Source: a virus
Virus record (IMG/VR): IMGVR_UViG_3300046170_000391
DNA length: 64,000 nt
Reading direction: 5' to 3' (one strand)
Part shown: piece by piece, positions 16,613-27,534 of the stretch
How the letters are laid out: each line of letters starts with the position of its first letter
Position numbering within the stretch: position 1 is the stretch's first letter
Program-made: the position numbers and the translations under genes
The notes under the pieces: model-generated
Seen by the model: the letters and a program-made list of their open reading frames with translations, nothing else
Told to the model about the DNA's origin: nothing
Database searches by the model: none

Positions 16613-17241
16613 TGTATAAAACTTATATTCTAGGGAATGGCGGATACGCTCAAGAATGCTTTGAACAATTTGTACTAGGCAGAGTTATAGAAGATTTCGG
16701 GGGATTTATTATCCTAAAAGAAGGTAAAGCAGTTCTTATTAACGATGAAGGTATAAATAATTTTACTTACCCTAAAGAATCTGCATTTATGCTAGGGACT
16801 GGGCACCGTAAGTGGCGTAAAGTATTTTTAGATCATTTATTTGGTTATTATGAACAGAATATTAATCATTTTCCAAATATGATAGCTAATGAAGCACACT
16901 TATCACAAACTTCTACTCTAGGTATAGGTAATGTACTTAATTGCTTTGCTATGACAAATGCTAATGCTAATATCGGAGATTTTAATCTTTTAAACTGTTA
17001 TGCATCAGTTCATCATGACGTAACGATGGGAAGTCACAATATATTTACAACGTATGCTACCGTGCTAGGGTATTGTACAGTAGGAGATGATAACTGGTTT
17101 GGTAATGCAGTTACAGTAACATCAAAAACAAATATCGGTAATGATAATACACTTAGTTCTGGCGAACATCTTTTTGAAGATATGAGCACTCGTCAATTCT
17201 TTAAACACGGTATTGTTACAGAGAAACCTATAAAACAATGA
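16612..17241 (+). CDS. Sugar O/N-acetyltransferase, NeuD/PglD hexapeptide family
   Basis: GNGGYA N-terminus, IGDF/VHHD/VGDD hexapeptide repeats. Confidence 0.8.
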   Translation: MYKTYILGNGGYAQECFEQFVLGRVIEDFGGFIILKEGKAVLINDEGINNFTYPKESAFMLGTGHRKWRKVFLDHLFGYYEQNINHFPNMIANEAHLSQTSTLGIGNVLNCFAMTNANANIGDFNLLNCYASVHHDVTMGSHNIFTTYATVLGYCTVGDDNWFGNAVTVTSKTNIGNDNTLSSGEHLFEDMSTRQFFKHGIVTEKPIKQ

Positions 17242-18008
17242 TTATTTTTTTTAGAAGCTGTGAAGCAAACTTAAAAGCTGGATCTCTTGGAGACGAAGTT
17301 ACGGGTGATGGTATTCGCTGGAATGGTAAACATAAATTAGAAATTATTCGTAAATGTTATCTTTCAATTCAATCTAGCTTAGATGAGCGTGATTTAATCG
17401 TAGTAATTGATGATAGAACGACTAAAGATACCCTTAACTGGATGAGAGACAACACTAAAGCCCAATTTAGGGTACACCCCATTACCCCCTTACCTGAACT
17501 AAGAGCAAAAGATCCTTATCCTAATTATCATCCTGTTATGGCTAATTCATGTCCAGAAATCATGGAACATTTAGTGAGTGTTTCAGAAGAAAATCCTGAT
17601 GAAATTATATACATCTGTGAGGACGATTATCTTCATCTACCTCAAGCAATACTTGCAATGAAAGCTTTATTTGGTCAAGGATATAGTGGGTTTTATGCCC
17701 CACAAGATTATCCTGATAGATATACCTTAGACTCTAGTAGGGTATGTGAAGTACATGTGGGGCCTTATGGGCATCTAAGATCAATTCCAAGCTCAACACT
17801 TACTATCGCAGCAAAGGGCACTACTTGGCTTCAGTATAAGTATGAAATACTCAGAGCAGGAGCTTTTGCAGATGATACATGGACTTGGAAAGCTTTTAAA
17901 CAAGTTGGCTGTCTATGTCCCCTACCAGGCCACTCTACTCACCTACAAGAAGGGTGTATTAGCCCTTGTATAAACTGGGAACAAGTATATGAAGGCATTA
18001 GTTTATAA
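17238..18008 (+). CDS. Glycosyltransferase, GT-A fold
   Basis: VIDD, YICEDDYLH. Confidence 0.65.
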   Translation: MIIFFRSCEANLKAGSLGDEVTGDGIRWNGKHKLEIIRKCYLSIQSSLDERDLIVVIDDRTTKDTLNWMRDNTKAQFRVHPITPLPELRAKDPYPNYHPVMANSCPEIMEHLVSVSEENPDEIIYICEDDYLHLPQAILAMKALFGQGYSGFYAPQDYPDRYTLDSSRVCEVHVGPYGHLRSIPSSTLTIAAKGTTWLQYKYEILRAGAFADDTWTWKAFKQVGCLCPLPGHSTHLQEGCISPCINWEQVYEGISL

Positions 18009-18011
18009 TAT

Positions 18012-18992
18012 ATGAAATTTATACTTAGAAAAGACATAAAAATAGATCTTTTTGAGAGGCATCTTAGAAAGGCTAGAGCAAGTAATCAATTTTCTAATTA
18101 CGGAGCTGCGGTACAAGACCTAGAATTAAAAGCTCGTGAAATGCTTAAAATTGATGATTCAAAAGCTATAATAGCTGTGAATAACGGCTCTTCATGTGTT
18201 ACTACTATAGTATACGCTTTTCAGAGGGCTTTTGGTAATCATCTTAACGTGCTCACTCAAGATTTTACATTTCCCTCTAATGCACAAATCGGGGCAAGCG
18301 GCGCTCAAAAAACAGATTTTACAGACGCTTTAGATATACATTTGGACTTTCCTTATTGGGATCAAATAAAAATAGTAATTGTAACTAACATATTTGGTCA
18401 CTTGCAAGACTTAAACATGATAATTAATAAATGTAATGATTCAGATAAACTATTAATATTTGATAACGCGGCCACTCCATATTCTTTTTATGAAGGAACT
18501 AATTCGTGTAATTTAGGAACAGCTTCTTATATTTCTCTTCACCATACTAAGCCTCTTGGTTTCGGAGAAGGAGGGTTAGTAATAATCAATAAAGAATACG
18601 AGAAAGAGGCTAGGGCAGTTATAAATTTCGGTCCGACCGAGGGCAATGAGTTTAATGAAAGAGGTAGCAATTTTAAAATGAGTGAGATTGCGGCAGCGGG
18701 AATTCTTCAGTGGTGGGATCAATTCGATATTGAAGACCTAAAAGAAAAATTCCTTAATAATTACTTTAAGAAACGTTATGAGTTAGCAAATCAAAAAGGT
18801 ATTTTTTATCCAAATAAAGGAGATGATAACTTTTTTCCTTCATGTTTACCTTTTATCCACGATAATCCTACAGAAGCAAACAAAGACAATGAAGAATTTA
18901 AGTATTATAAGCCCTTAGTGGGTTTGCAAAATTCTAAACTTGTGTATGAAAACATTATCTGTTATGGGCTAACTGAGGATTGGTATGTATAA
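18012..18992 (+). CDS. DegT-family PLP aminotransferase
   Basis: IFDNAA, SLHHTKPLGFGEGG, NFKMSEIAAA. Confidence 0.85.
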   Translation: MKFILRKDIKIDLFERHLRKARASNQFSNYGAAVQDLELKAREMLKIDDSKAIIAVNNGSSCVTTIVYAFQRAFGNHLNVLTQDFTFPSNAQIGASGAQKTDFTDALDIHLDFPYWDQIKIVIVTNIFGHLQDLNMIINKCNDSDKLLIFDNAATPYSFYEGTNSCNLGTASYISLHHTKPLGFGEGGLVIINKEYEKEARAVINFGPTEGNEFNERGSNFKMSEIAAAGILQWWDQFDIEDLKEKFLNNYFKKRYELANQKGIFYPNKGDDNFFPSCLPFIHDNPTEANKDNEEFKYYKPLVGLQNSKLVYENIICYGLTEDWYV

Positions 18993-19962
18993 TAAATCAG
19001 CAGTAGTTACTGGATGTCTTAGCTTTATTGGGGTAGCGTTGACCGAAAAATTACTTCGCGAAGATTGGCAAGTATATGGTATAGATAAATTAACTTATGT
19101 AGCTAACACTAAATTAATTTCGTATTTTAAAACAACTTACAAAGATAACTTTACTTTGGTCTCGGAAGATATTAAAGATGTTAAATGGCTACCTGCTTGT
19201 GATGTAGTTTTTAATATTGCAGCAGAATCAGATGTTGATAATGGTAATAAAGATTGTTCTCAGTTTATTAGTTCAAATATTGAGGGTGTACGAAACTTAC
19301 TAAGTCTTATTAATTCAAGAATTATTACTAAAGCAGATAAACCTTTATTTTTTCAAATGTCTACAGATGAAGTTTATGGAGATCTTGAAGAAGGAGTTTT
19401 TGACGAAAATGCACCTCTTAGACCATCTAATCCTTATGCCGCTACAAAAGCAAGTGCTGACCTACTTATCCAAAGCTGGGCACGTACTCACGGGTTAGAG
19501 TACCTTATAGCTAGACCTTCAAATAACTACGGATACTATCAGTATCCAGAAAAATTAATTCCTTTAGCAGTAAAACAGTTATCAAGGGGTAAGAAAATAA
19601 AACTTCACAATGAAGGAAAACCTATTAGAAGTTGGACGCACTCAGAAGATACAGCAGAAGCAATCCTAACATTATATGACAACGCTGATAGAAATAAAGT
19701 TTATAATATTTCATCAGAATATGAGCAAACAAATCTCGATACTGTTAAAAAAATCATAAACTCTTACTTTTTAGGAACTATAAGTAGAGAGGTGCCCAAT
19801 TATACTAGTCATATAGATCTGGAGTACTCAAGGCCAGGGCAAGACGTGAGATATGCAATTTCTTGTAATCCTTTAAAAGAATTACAATGGAGACCTAAAA
19901 AAGAATTTAATCAAGAGATAGTAAAGTTAGTGGAAAATTATAAGAAAGGATGGACATGGTAA
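18985..19962 (+). CDS. rfbB: dTDP-glucose 4,6-dehydratase
   Basis: DKLTY, AAESDVD, STDEVYG, PYAATKASAD, NNYG.YQYPEKLIP, RPGQDVRY. Confidence 0.9.
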   Translation: MYNKSAVVTGCLSFIGVALTEKLLREDWQVYGIDKLTYVANTKLISYFKTTYKDNFTLVSEDIKDVKWLPACDVVFNIAAESDVDNGNKDCSQFISSNIEGVRNLLSLINSRIITKADKPLFFQMSTDEVYGDLEEGVFDENAPLRPSNPYAATKASADLLIQSWARTHGLEYLIARPSNNYGYYQYPEKLIPLAVKQLSRGKKIKLHNEGKPIRSWTHSEDTAEAILTLYDNADRNKVYNISSEYEQTNLDTVKKIINSYFLGTISREVPNYTSHIDLEYSRPGQDVRYAISCNPLKELQWRPKKEFNQEIVKLVENYKKGWTW

Positions 19963-20963
19963 TGAGAGTATTTATTACAGGGATAGGAGGATTACTAGGT
20001 AGTAACTTAGCTAATTTCTTAATTGGACAAGGGCATGAAGTAGCGGGTATAGATAATATGATAGGGGGAGTAGATGATAATATTCCTATCGGGGCTAAAT
20101 TTCATGAAGGTGATATTACAGACACAAAGTTGATGAAAGAGATAACTGAAGGGTATGAAGTAATTTTTCATGCAGCTGCTCTCCCATACGAGGGTTTGAG
20201 TGTTTTCTCCCCAGCAGTGACAGTAAATTCAATTGTTTCGGGAACTGTGTCAGTAGCTTCGGCAGCTCTGCACAACAAAGTAAGATTATTAATAAACTGC
20301 TCTTCTATGGCTCGATACGGAGATCAAATACCCCCGTTTACAGAAGATATGCCTACTAAGCCTGTTGATCCTTATGGACTTGCTAAAGTACAGGCTGAAG
20401 AACATTTAGAAATGTTGAGTAATATACATGGACTAAACTATATTACTGTAGTTCCTCATAATGTTATTGGGGTAGGTCAAAGATATTATGACCCTTTTAG
20501 AAATGTGATGGGAATTATGATTAGTCGCTGCTTACAGGGTAAACCTTTAGTGATTTATGGGGATGGAGAACAACAAAGATCATTTTCTAATGTAAGTGAT
20601 TGTATAAAAGCTGTTTATCAAATAATGATAACAGATAGAGATATTTGTGGACAAGTTTATAATATCGGGCCAGATGATAATGAGATATCTATTAAACAAC
20701 TTGCGTATAAAGTAGGACATCATTGCGAGAAATACCCGTCTTTAGAGCATTACCCAGATAGGCCCCAAGAAGTAAAAAATGCTTTTTGTTCTTCAGATAA
20801 GATAAGAAAAGACTTTAACTATAATGCAGCAGTTAAATTAGACACTACTATAATTGATATGGTTTCGTGGATTAAACCACGACTCCGTGAGTTTGAGTAT
20901 CATCTAGAATTAGAATTTATTACAGATAAAACACCTAAAACATGGACAGATAAGTTGATATAA
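19950..20963 (+). CDS. NAD-dependent nucleotide-sugar epimerase/dehydratase
   Basis: ITGIGGLLG, SSMARYG, PYGLAK, GDGEQQRSF. Confidence 0.88.
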   Translation: MDMVMRVFITGIGGLLGSNLANFLIGQGHEVAGIDNMIGGVDDNIPIGAKFHEGDITDTKLMKEITEGYEVIFHAAALPYEGLSVFSPAVTVNSIVSGTVSVASAALHNKVRLLINCSSMARYGDQIPPFTEDMPTKPVDPYGLAKVQAEEHLEMLSNIHGLNYITVVPHNVIGVGQRYYDPFRNVMGIMISRCLQGKPLVIYGDGEQQRSFSNVSDCIKAVYQIMITDRDICGQVYNIGPDDNEISIKQLAYKVGHHCEKYPSLEHYPDRPQEVKNAFCSSDKIRKDFNYNAAVKLDTTIIDMVSWIKPRLREFEYHLELEFITDKTPKTWTDKLI

Positions 20964-20964
20964 A

Positions 20965-21141
20965 ATGAAAAATAGACCAGGAAGTGTAGAACTCAATTTA
21001 TTATACGCTCTTCAATGGGAGCAATACGATTTTCATGTGTCCGATCATAAAAAAAAATGGGATTTATCAGAGGAAGAAGCAAGAGCAGTTAACAAATGGA
21101 TTTCAGCACGAATAAAGGATATCAAAGATAGATGTCTGTAA
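20965..21141 (+). CDS. Small hypothetical protein (58 aa, not in ORF track)
   Basis: MKNRPGSVELNLLYALQWEQYDFHVSDHKKKWDLSEEEARAVNKWISARIKDIKDRCL exactly fills gap. Confidence 0.55.
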   Translation: MKNRPGSVELNLLYALQWEQYDFHVSDHKKKWDLSEEEARAVNKWISARIKDIKDRCL

Positions 21142-21872
21142 AAATAATAACTCCATATGTATTTGAGAATGAAATAAAAAAACACAAAGAAACCTTCTGG
21201 GAATATGATATTTATTATGAGCAGGATATTGCTGGTATAGGTTGCGATTTGATGTTTCAAAAAATGTGGAATCGTTTTCCTGATGATGACATATTTATTT
21301 TACACGCAGACATGGATCTTCACCATGATGGGTGGTTTGAGGAGGTGCTAGAGTATGTCGAAAAGTACCCAGAAGCAGGAATGTTTGGTTGTTTGTTATT
21401 GTACCCAGCAAAAAACGAGAGTAGCAAATATTTCATACAGTGTGCAGGAGGAAAATTCACTGACAATAGACCAGATCACTTCGGAAGTGGGCTCATACTT
21501 GAAAACGGGCAAACTTTCAAACAAGAGTTGGAAATTGATAAGGGACAATACGATACCACGCGATCCGTCGCCTGGACAACATTTGGAGGTTGTTACCTCA
21601 GAAGGGAATTTTTGGATTCCGTGGGCAACTTTGACACCACCTTTGAATGGACGTACAACAGAGATGTCGATTACTGCTTGTCTGGAAGAAAAAATGGTTT
21701 CAGCATCTATCAGATTCCTGTACGACTCTTCCATCATGAATCAAGGGATACTAAAAGAATAAAAGATAAAAGTAAAGCAGCTATGGAGATGAGAAACCTT
21801 GAACGTTTACAGACGAAATGGGCAAACTCAAAATTTTACAAAACGCTGGACAAGGAGATAAAAAGTGAGTAA
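21132..21872 (+). CDS. GT2-family glycosyltransferase
   Basis: ILHADM, RDVDYCL, HHES. Confidence 0.75.
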   Translation: MSVKIITPYVFENEIKKHKETFWEYDIYYEQDIAGIGCDLMFQKMWNRFPDDDIFILHADMDLHHDGWFEEVLEYVEKYPEAGMFGCLLLYPAKNESSKYFIQCAGGKFTDNRPDHFGSGLILENGQTFKQELEIDKGQYDTTRSVAWTTFGGCYLRREFLDSVGNFDTTFEWTYNRDVDYCLSGRKNGFSIYQIPVRLFHHESRDTKRIKDKSKAAMEMRNLERLQTKWANSKFYKTLDKEIKSE

Positions 21873-22086
21873 AGTATTCATAAGTAAAAAAGAATTAGAA
21901 GAAGCGGTATTACGCAAGAAAAATAAAATGACTCCTTTCCTATTTATTTTTGTGTGGTTTTATGCAATAGTATGTTTAGTAACTTTGCTACCTGTAGCAT
22001 TTATATGGTGTGCATTTACTTTAGCAGTTATTCTTGCGTATTTACCGTTTTACTTCATTGATAAAATTTTGTTTGAAAAGGAATAA
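21865..22086 (+). CDS. Small membrane protein
   Basis: Long hydrophobic hairpin. Confidence 0.5.
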   Translation: MSKVFISKKELEEAVLRKKNKMTPFLFIFVWFYAIVCLVTLLPVAFIWCAFTLAVILAYLPFYFIDKILFEKE

Positions 22087-22088
22087 AT

Positions 22089-22829
22089 ATGAGTAAACTA
22101 AATCACGCCTGGGTAAAGGCATCTTTAGAGCAGTCAGATAACGAAAGATCAAAGATATCAGAGAGAGAAAGAGAACTACACGGATTATCCTCTACACGCC
22201 TGAAATGTCTTATTAATAATCTCTGCGCAGCAGAAAAAACAAACTATTTAGAAATTGGGGTATACAAAGGATCTACCATTATATCGGCGGTTATGGGTAA
22301 CGAAGTAAAAGCTATAGGTGTTGATAATTTTATGTACGACGAGAGAGAGCCTAGAAAGTGGGCCCCGGAAGGTGATATTTGGTACAATGTAAAATCTCAA
22401 ATGGAGGCAAATATCAAACGATATGATCTCCATCCAGAAACCAAAATTCCAGGAGCAATAACTCTCATTGAAAAACCTTTTGAGGAAGTAGATTGGGTCA
22501 AGCAGCCTAAGTTTAACGTATGTTTATTTGATATCTCTCCTATAAATCAAAAAGTCTATGATGATTTTTTTGAAAAAGTTATAGTGTCCTTAGCACAAGA
22601 ATGTGTCGTAGTATTTACCGGACAATCAAATGCTCAACATGCAGAAGAGCTTAATAAAAGTTTACTTCGCCACCAAGACAAGTTAGACATTCAGTATAGT
22701 GAACTAAGAATATCTGGAGGATTAGCTGACGCTACTAGATACTACAGCGGAATCAGAGTTATCGGCATTAAGAAAAAATCAGGGTCATTTATCAAAAAAC
22801 CTGTAGCAAATACCACCCCTAAGAACTAA
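22089..22829 (+). CDS. Class I SAM methyltransferase-like (Methyltransf_24)
   Basis: YLEIGVYKGST, GVDNF. Confidence 0.7.
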   Translation: MSKLNHAWVKASLEQSDNERSKISERERELHGLSSTRLKCLINNLCAAEKTNYLEIGVYKGSTIISAVMGNEVKAIGVDNFMYDEREPRKWAPEGDIWYNVKSQMEANIKRYDLHPETKIPGAITLIEKPFEEVDWVKQPKFNVCLFDISPINQKVYDDFFEKVIVSLAQECVVVFTGQSNAQHAEELNKSLLRHQDKLDIQYSELRISGGLADATRYYSGIRVIGIKKKSGSFIKKPVANTTPKN

Positions 22830-22838
22830 GAGGAATTA

Positions 22839-23687
22839 ATGTTAAAAAAATCTGTAATTAGTTTAATTAGTTACGACGCTAATAGGTTTCTAGCTAATAG
22901 CATTAAAACATATTATAACTATGTTGATGAGATTATTTTAGGTCTCGATAAAAATAGAGTAACATGGAGTGGGAATCCCTTCTCTCTTGACGAAGAAACA
23001 TTATGGTCAGACCTTCAAGCTATTGATGGAGACAGTAAAATATCAATTATTGAAGAAGATTTTAAAAAATCTGATGTACCAATTGAGAATGATAATTTTG
23101 AAAGAAATTTTCTAAAAGAACAATGCTCAAATGACTGGATCTTTTCGTTTGATGCAGATGAAGAATTACTTAATGCAAAAGAATTTTTTTATGACTACTG
23201 CCCTATTCTTGAGAAATACTATAACAAGGTAGATATTCTTATGACTTGGTGTACTCCTTACAAAGAAATAGTAAATGATGAAGGAGAGTCTTATACTTTG
23301 ATGATTGCTAATGACGATAGTTCACCATTTTTTGGAGAAAACCAAGGAGTAGTGACTTCTAAAGATAGTACATTTACTTATGCTAGATGGACCGACAAAA
23401 GTGCGCAAGGAACTAATAGAGTAACTTCTCCTCTAGTTTCTTTACATTGGAGCTTATGTAGACCTTCTGATGAACTACACGAGAAAATTCATAATATAGG
23501 TCATTCAGATATAGTAGAAAACGATCCATTTTTTCAAATATGGAAAGATGTTACGTGGGATAATTATCATGAGTTGAGAAACTTTAAAACATCAGGACTA
23601 GGATCTGCGCAATGGCCTAAATTAGAGGCTGTTCCTACACAGCACGTAAAAAATTACGTTAATCAATATTTAGCAGGAGCATACTAA
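22839..23687 (+). CDS. GT2-like glycosyltransferase
   Basis: ERNFL..DWIFSFDADE. Confidence 0.7.
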   Translation: MLKKSVISLISYDANRFLANSIKTYYNYVDEIILGLDKNRVTWSGNPFSLDEETLWSDLQAIDGDSKISIIEEDFKKSDVPIENDNFERNFLKEQCSNDWIFSFDADEELLNAKEFFYDYCPILEKYYNKVDILMTWCTPYKEIVNDEGESYTLMIANDDSSPFFGENQGVVTSKDSTFTYARWTDKSAQGTNRVTSPLVSLHWSLCRPSDELHEKIHNIGHSDIVENDPFFQIWKDVTWDNYHELRNFKTSGLGSAQWPKLEAVPTQHVKNYVNQYLAGAY

Positions 23688-23688
23688 T

Positions 23689-24852
23689 ATGATAATTGAG
23701 ATTATTGGTAAATTTTTCGATAACCACTCGTTATCTATAATTAATAGAAATATAGCAATTAGATTAATGAATAATGATTCTGTTGAATTATTAATTACTC
23801 CATTAGACACTTATGACCCAGTACATAAAGTAGATAAAAACACTATCAAAAAGCTAAAAGAGCTTAATAATAAAGAAGCTTCTGATACTCCTGATATACA
23901 AGTTAGACATTGTTACCCACCTGTATGGACATGGCCTGTTCACGAAAAAACAAAGGTTATATTTATACAGCCTTGGGAATTTTTAAAAGCACCATTTGAG
24001 TGGCAATACAAATTTGAAACTTTTGCTGACGCGCTAATCGTACCTAGTAACTATGAAGCTGATGTTTTCAAACTAGGAGGACTTAATCCTTCAAATCTTT
24101 TTGTAGTACCTAATGGCTATGATGAAAATATCTTTAATACAGAAGATACTAATAATAATCATCCGTCAGTTAATAAAGATAAATTCAATTTTATATATGT
24201 AGGTAATCCGCAATGGAGAAAAGGGCTAGATATATTAATTAATGTATGGGGAAAAGCGTTTAAGAAATATGATAATGCGCATCTCATCATTAAGGATACT
24301 CCTCGTATATATGGAAAAAATAATATACTTAGTGAGATTATTAAAATGCAGTACAAATCGGGATGCGCTGGTATTACCTATTTAGATGATGATATGTCTG
24401 ATTTAGAAATGGCAGAATTATTTAAAAGTTGTGATATTGTCGCACACCCCTATAGAGCTGAAGGATTTGGTATGCATGTACAAGAAGCTATAGCGTGCGG
24501 ATGTGTCCCTATTATACCTGATCAAGGTCCTACAAATGATTTTGTTCCCGAGGGTGCTGGTATTAAATTCAAAACTAATAAAGAAGCGATTGATATAACT
24601 AATGGACAGATCTTTGCTACTAAACCTGGAGATGCTATGACTTTAATGAGCAGTCATACTTTTACAAATGAACCTGATGGACAAAGTGTCGAAGGTGCTT
24701 TAAAATACGTATATCATCATCATGATAAAAAAGAATTATTTAAGTGTATATCAAATGCAGAACTCAATACATGGGACTCAGTAGTAGATAAGTATATGGA
24801 GGTATTTTTAAATGTCGGACAACGTGAAAAAGCTAATAGATTCAGATATTGA
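23689..24852 (+). CDS. GT4 (GT-B) glycosyltransferase
   Basis: VVPNG, RKGLD, PYRAEGFGMHVQEAIACG. Confidence 0.85.
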   Translation: MIIEIIGKFFDNHSLSIINRNIAIRLMNNDSVELLITPLDTYDPVHKVDKNTIKKLKELNNKEASDTPDIQVRHCYPPVWTWPVHEKTKVIFIQPWEFLKAPFEWQYKFETFADALIVPSNYEADVFKLGGLNPSNLFVVPNGYDENIFNTEDTNNNHPSVNKDKFNFIYVGNPQWRKGLDILINVWGKAFKKYDNAHLIIKDTPRIYGKNNILSEIIKMQYKSGCAGITYLDDDMSDLEMAELFKSCDIVAHPYRAEGFGMHVQEAIACGCVPIIPDQGPTNDFVPEGAGIKFKTNKEAIDITNGQIFATKPGDAMTLMSSHTFTNEPDGQSVEGALKYVYHHHDKKELFKCISNAELNTWDSVVDKYMEVFLNVGQREKANRFRY

Positions 24853-25366
24853 TAAGTTTTTCGCAGAGCTAGAAGCAGAAGCAGAAAAAAACGTAAATCA
24901 AGCGGAAGTTAGTAGATTAGCACAACAAGTGCTTAATAGGCATAACGCACATACCCCTACCTTAGAAGAAAAAGTTCTAGCAGATTTTCATGGTAATGCC
25001 CCTATTATAGAAGAAAAATATGATGGAGAGCTTCCAGGTCTTACTGCAAAAGCTAAAATCTACATACTAACTAACTTAGAACCTGGACAGATGTTCAGAC
25101 TCGGGGTATCTGGTGGTGGATGTAGTGGTTTTAACTATATATTTGATGTATGTGAAGAATGGGAAGACGGTGATATCAAGTTTTGTGACGATCCTCCATC
25201 AGTAGTAGACTCTGAAAGCATAAAATTCTTATACGGAAGCACAATAGACTTAGTAGAAAATGGAATGAATAAACAGCTATCTGTAGAAAATCCTGGAGCA
25301 AGAGCCTCGTGTGGTTGTGGAACAAGTTTTGCTTTTGACGAAGACTTGTTAGATATGTACTCATGA
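24812..25366 (+). CDS. A-type Fe-S carrier (IscA/ErpA/HesB) with N-terminal extension
   Basis: GVSGGGCSGFNY and NPGARASCGCGTSF. Confidence 0.88.
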   Translation: MSDNVKKLIDSDIDKFFAELEAEAEKNVNQAEVSRLAQQVLNRHNAHTPTLEEKVLADFHGNAPIIEEKYDGELPGLTAKAKIYILTNLEPGQMFRLGVSGGGCSGFNYIFDVCEEWEDGDIKFCDDPPSVVDSESIKFLYGSTIDLVENGMNKQLSVENPGARASCGCGTSFAFDEDLLDMYS

Positions 25367-25999
25367 CTAATTATAAATGGATCATAAATGAAAGTAAACT
25401 ACCCTGGTTAGATCTAGATATTGAAGTACCTCATCTCGAAATGTTAGAAGAGGCGAAGGCCTTAAAAAACGAATTTGTAGCACACAGAGATCAAGACTAT
25501 CACGGAGGGTACAGGCATGAGGGCTGGAAAAGCCTCTGTATTCATGGGATAGACGCATACAAAACAAATCACTATGATCAATACGGTTTCAAAAGTCACG
25601 AAGAAACTCCTTATACGTGGACACACATTATTGATAGGATGCCCGATTACCTATAATTATTTTAATAGTGTATTTCCATTTAAAAAATACTATAGACTGC
25701 GTTTCATGCTACTAGAACCAGGAGGTTATATCACTCCACATGCGGATCAGGATATCAATAGATTATCTCCAGTTAATATTGCTCTTAATACTCCTAAAAA
25801 TTGTTTATTTAAAATGAAAGGTCATAACGGGTTTGTACCTTTAACAGATGGTAAAGCAGTTTTATTAGATGTTGGTAATATTCACGCAGTATATAATAAG
25901 AGTGATGAAGATAGATTTCATATTATAGTTCATGGAGTCAAAAATAAAGAATACGAGGATTTAGTAGAACGTAGTTATGCGAAAAATGGGATTGAATAA
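25363..25999 (+). CDS. Asp/Asn beta-hydroxylase-like 2OG-Fe(II) oxygenase, split by an apparent 1-nt insertion near 25637
   Basis: ORF 25363..25656 joins 25574..25999 as IDRCPIT if one G is removed; ITPHAD..HAVYN..R. Confidence 0.7.
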
Positions 26000-27347
26000 A
26001 AACTATGTAGTGGGTATCTATGATGATTCTAAGTTCTTTAATCATCTCTCACGAGCAGAAAAGTTTAAAGAAATAACTGAGTTTTTTACTAGATTTAAAT
26101 ACTTTGGACCTATAGTTGTAGGAACTTCAGTTAATGAAGTATTAGATAAAGCGTGTGAACATAGTGTAGATTATTGCATTGTACAATCTGTAGGACATAT
26201 AATCAAAGATGCTTTCTTTTTTAGGCACATTGAAAAATGGATTGAAAAGCAGAATTTTTTTATCACTGGTCATATTATGGATAAAAATTCTAAAAATATG
26301 AATAATCCAGAAGGTAAAGAAGGTTATTACGGACTTCACAAGCAGTGTATGTTAGTGAATTTAGAATATTATAAAAAGTTTGATCGCCCAGTATTTGGCG
26401 ATAAAAAATCATCAAAAGAAGAGGTGGTCGCAAAAGCAAAGCGTCATGCTAAAGATATTCATGACGATTACACTCCTTTATCTTTAATTCCTACAGAAGA
26501 ATCTCTAGTATGTACCCCTTTAGTAGATGGTTGGAACTTTATAAATACTAGTCTTGAAAACGGATTAATAGTATATAATTTTCATCCAAAGATTAGAGAA
26601 TCAAAACAATATTTATATCCTAATTCTAGTGCAGAAGAGTTATCAATGCAACTTAGTTGGATTATTAATATAGTTGAATATGCTCCTACATGTGTTTTTT
26701 TCTGGAACACTGAAGAGTATGTAGATTTAAAGTATGTTACTATTAAAAACCCTCTTAAAAAACTATATTCAGTAGCTGCTAGTTTTAAACCTAATATGAT
26801 TCTTAATACTTATGATTTTGAAGATGATACAGAAGTTGTATTTTTTGATTATAGTAAGCAAGCTTTGGCTTTCAAAAAACTTTTACTTAATCACTGGGAT
26901 GGAGAAGACTATCCAAGCTTTCTTAACTGGGCGGAGAAAAAGTATAGAATTAATGAAACAAAAGGCATTGAAACAGAAACTAATACTAGACAGGGGCTCT
27001 GGAAAAGAGAGATTAGATGGTGGGGTTCTGAGAAGATAATCAAAGAACACTGGGACAGGTATAAAAAACTAAAACACTCTTATATTCATCTTGATATATG
27101 CGATAGTCCAGAACTACTTACTTCAAAAATAACACCAGATGCTAACTCTGCAATATGGTGGAGTAACGCTTTTCATACTGTTAATGCTCAGTACCTAAGA
27201 GGTTTACAAGGGGTAACGGAATGTTATAATACTTGGATTGATCAAATAAATAATAAAAATCCTAACATATACATATTCGGTAAGGATCATTTAGACAGGC
27301 CAGTAGAGGGTGGGACGTTAAAGGAGTATTTAAATGGATACAGATAG
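25977..27347 (+). CDS. Hypothetical protein
   Basis: 456-aa ORF, no motif recognised. Confidence 0.6.
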   Translation: MRKMGLNKNYVVGIYDDSKFFNHLSRAEKFKEITEFFTRFKYFGPIVVGTSVNEVLDKACEHSVDYCIVQSVGHIIKDAFFFRHIEKWIEKQNFFITGHIMDKNSKNMNNPEGKEGYYGLHKQCMLVNLEYYKKFDRPVFGDKKSSKEEVVAKAKRHAKDIHDDYTPLSLIPTEESLVCTPLVDGWNFINTSLENGLIVYNFHPKIRESKQYLYPNSSAEELSMQLSWIINIVEYAPTCVFFWNTEEYVDLKYVTIKNPLKKLYSVAASFKPNMILNTYDFEDDTEVVFFDYSKQALAFKKLLLNHWDGEDYPSFLNWAEKKYRINETKGIETETNTRQGLWKREIRWWGSEKIIKEHWDRYKKLKHSYIHLDICDSPELLTSKITPDANSAIWWSNAFHTVNAQYLRGLQGVTECYNTWIDQINNKNPNIYIFGKDHLDRPVEGGTLKEYLNGYR

Positions 27348-27534
27348 ACTTAAACTATTTAAAACAGAAGAAGAACTCAGGTCATATGCGAGGGTAAGTG
27401 GACATGACCAAGGAGGTGCTGATAAATTAGTAGCTCAATGGAAAGTGTTACAAAGTGGTGACCCAAAAGAAGTAAAAAAAGGATTTAAAAAATTTGGAAT
27501 TATAGATCGTAATGCTTATTCGTCCAAAGACTAA
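27334..27534 (+). CDS. Hypothetical protein
   Basis: SD AAGGAG. Confidence 0.55.
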   Translation: MDTDRLKLFKTEEELRSYARVSGHDQGGADKLVAQWKVLQSGDPKEVKKGFKKFGIIDRNAYSSKD

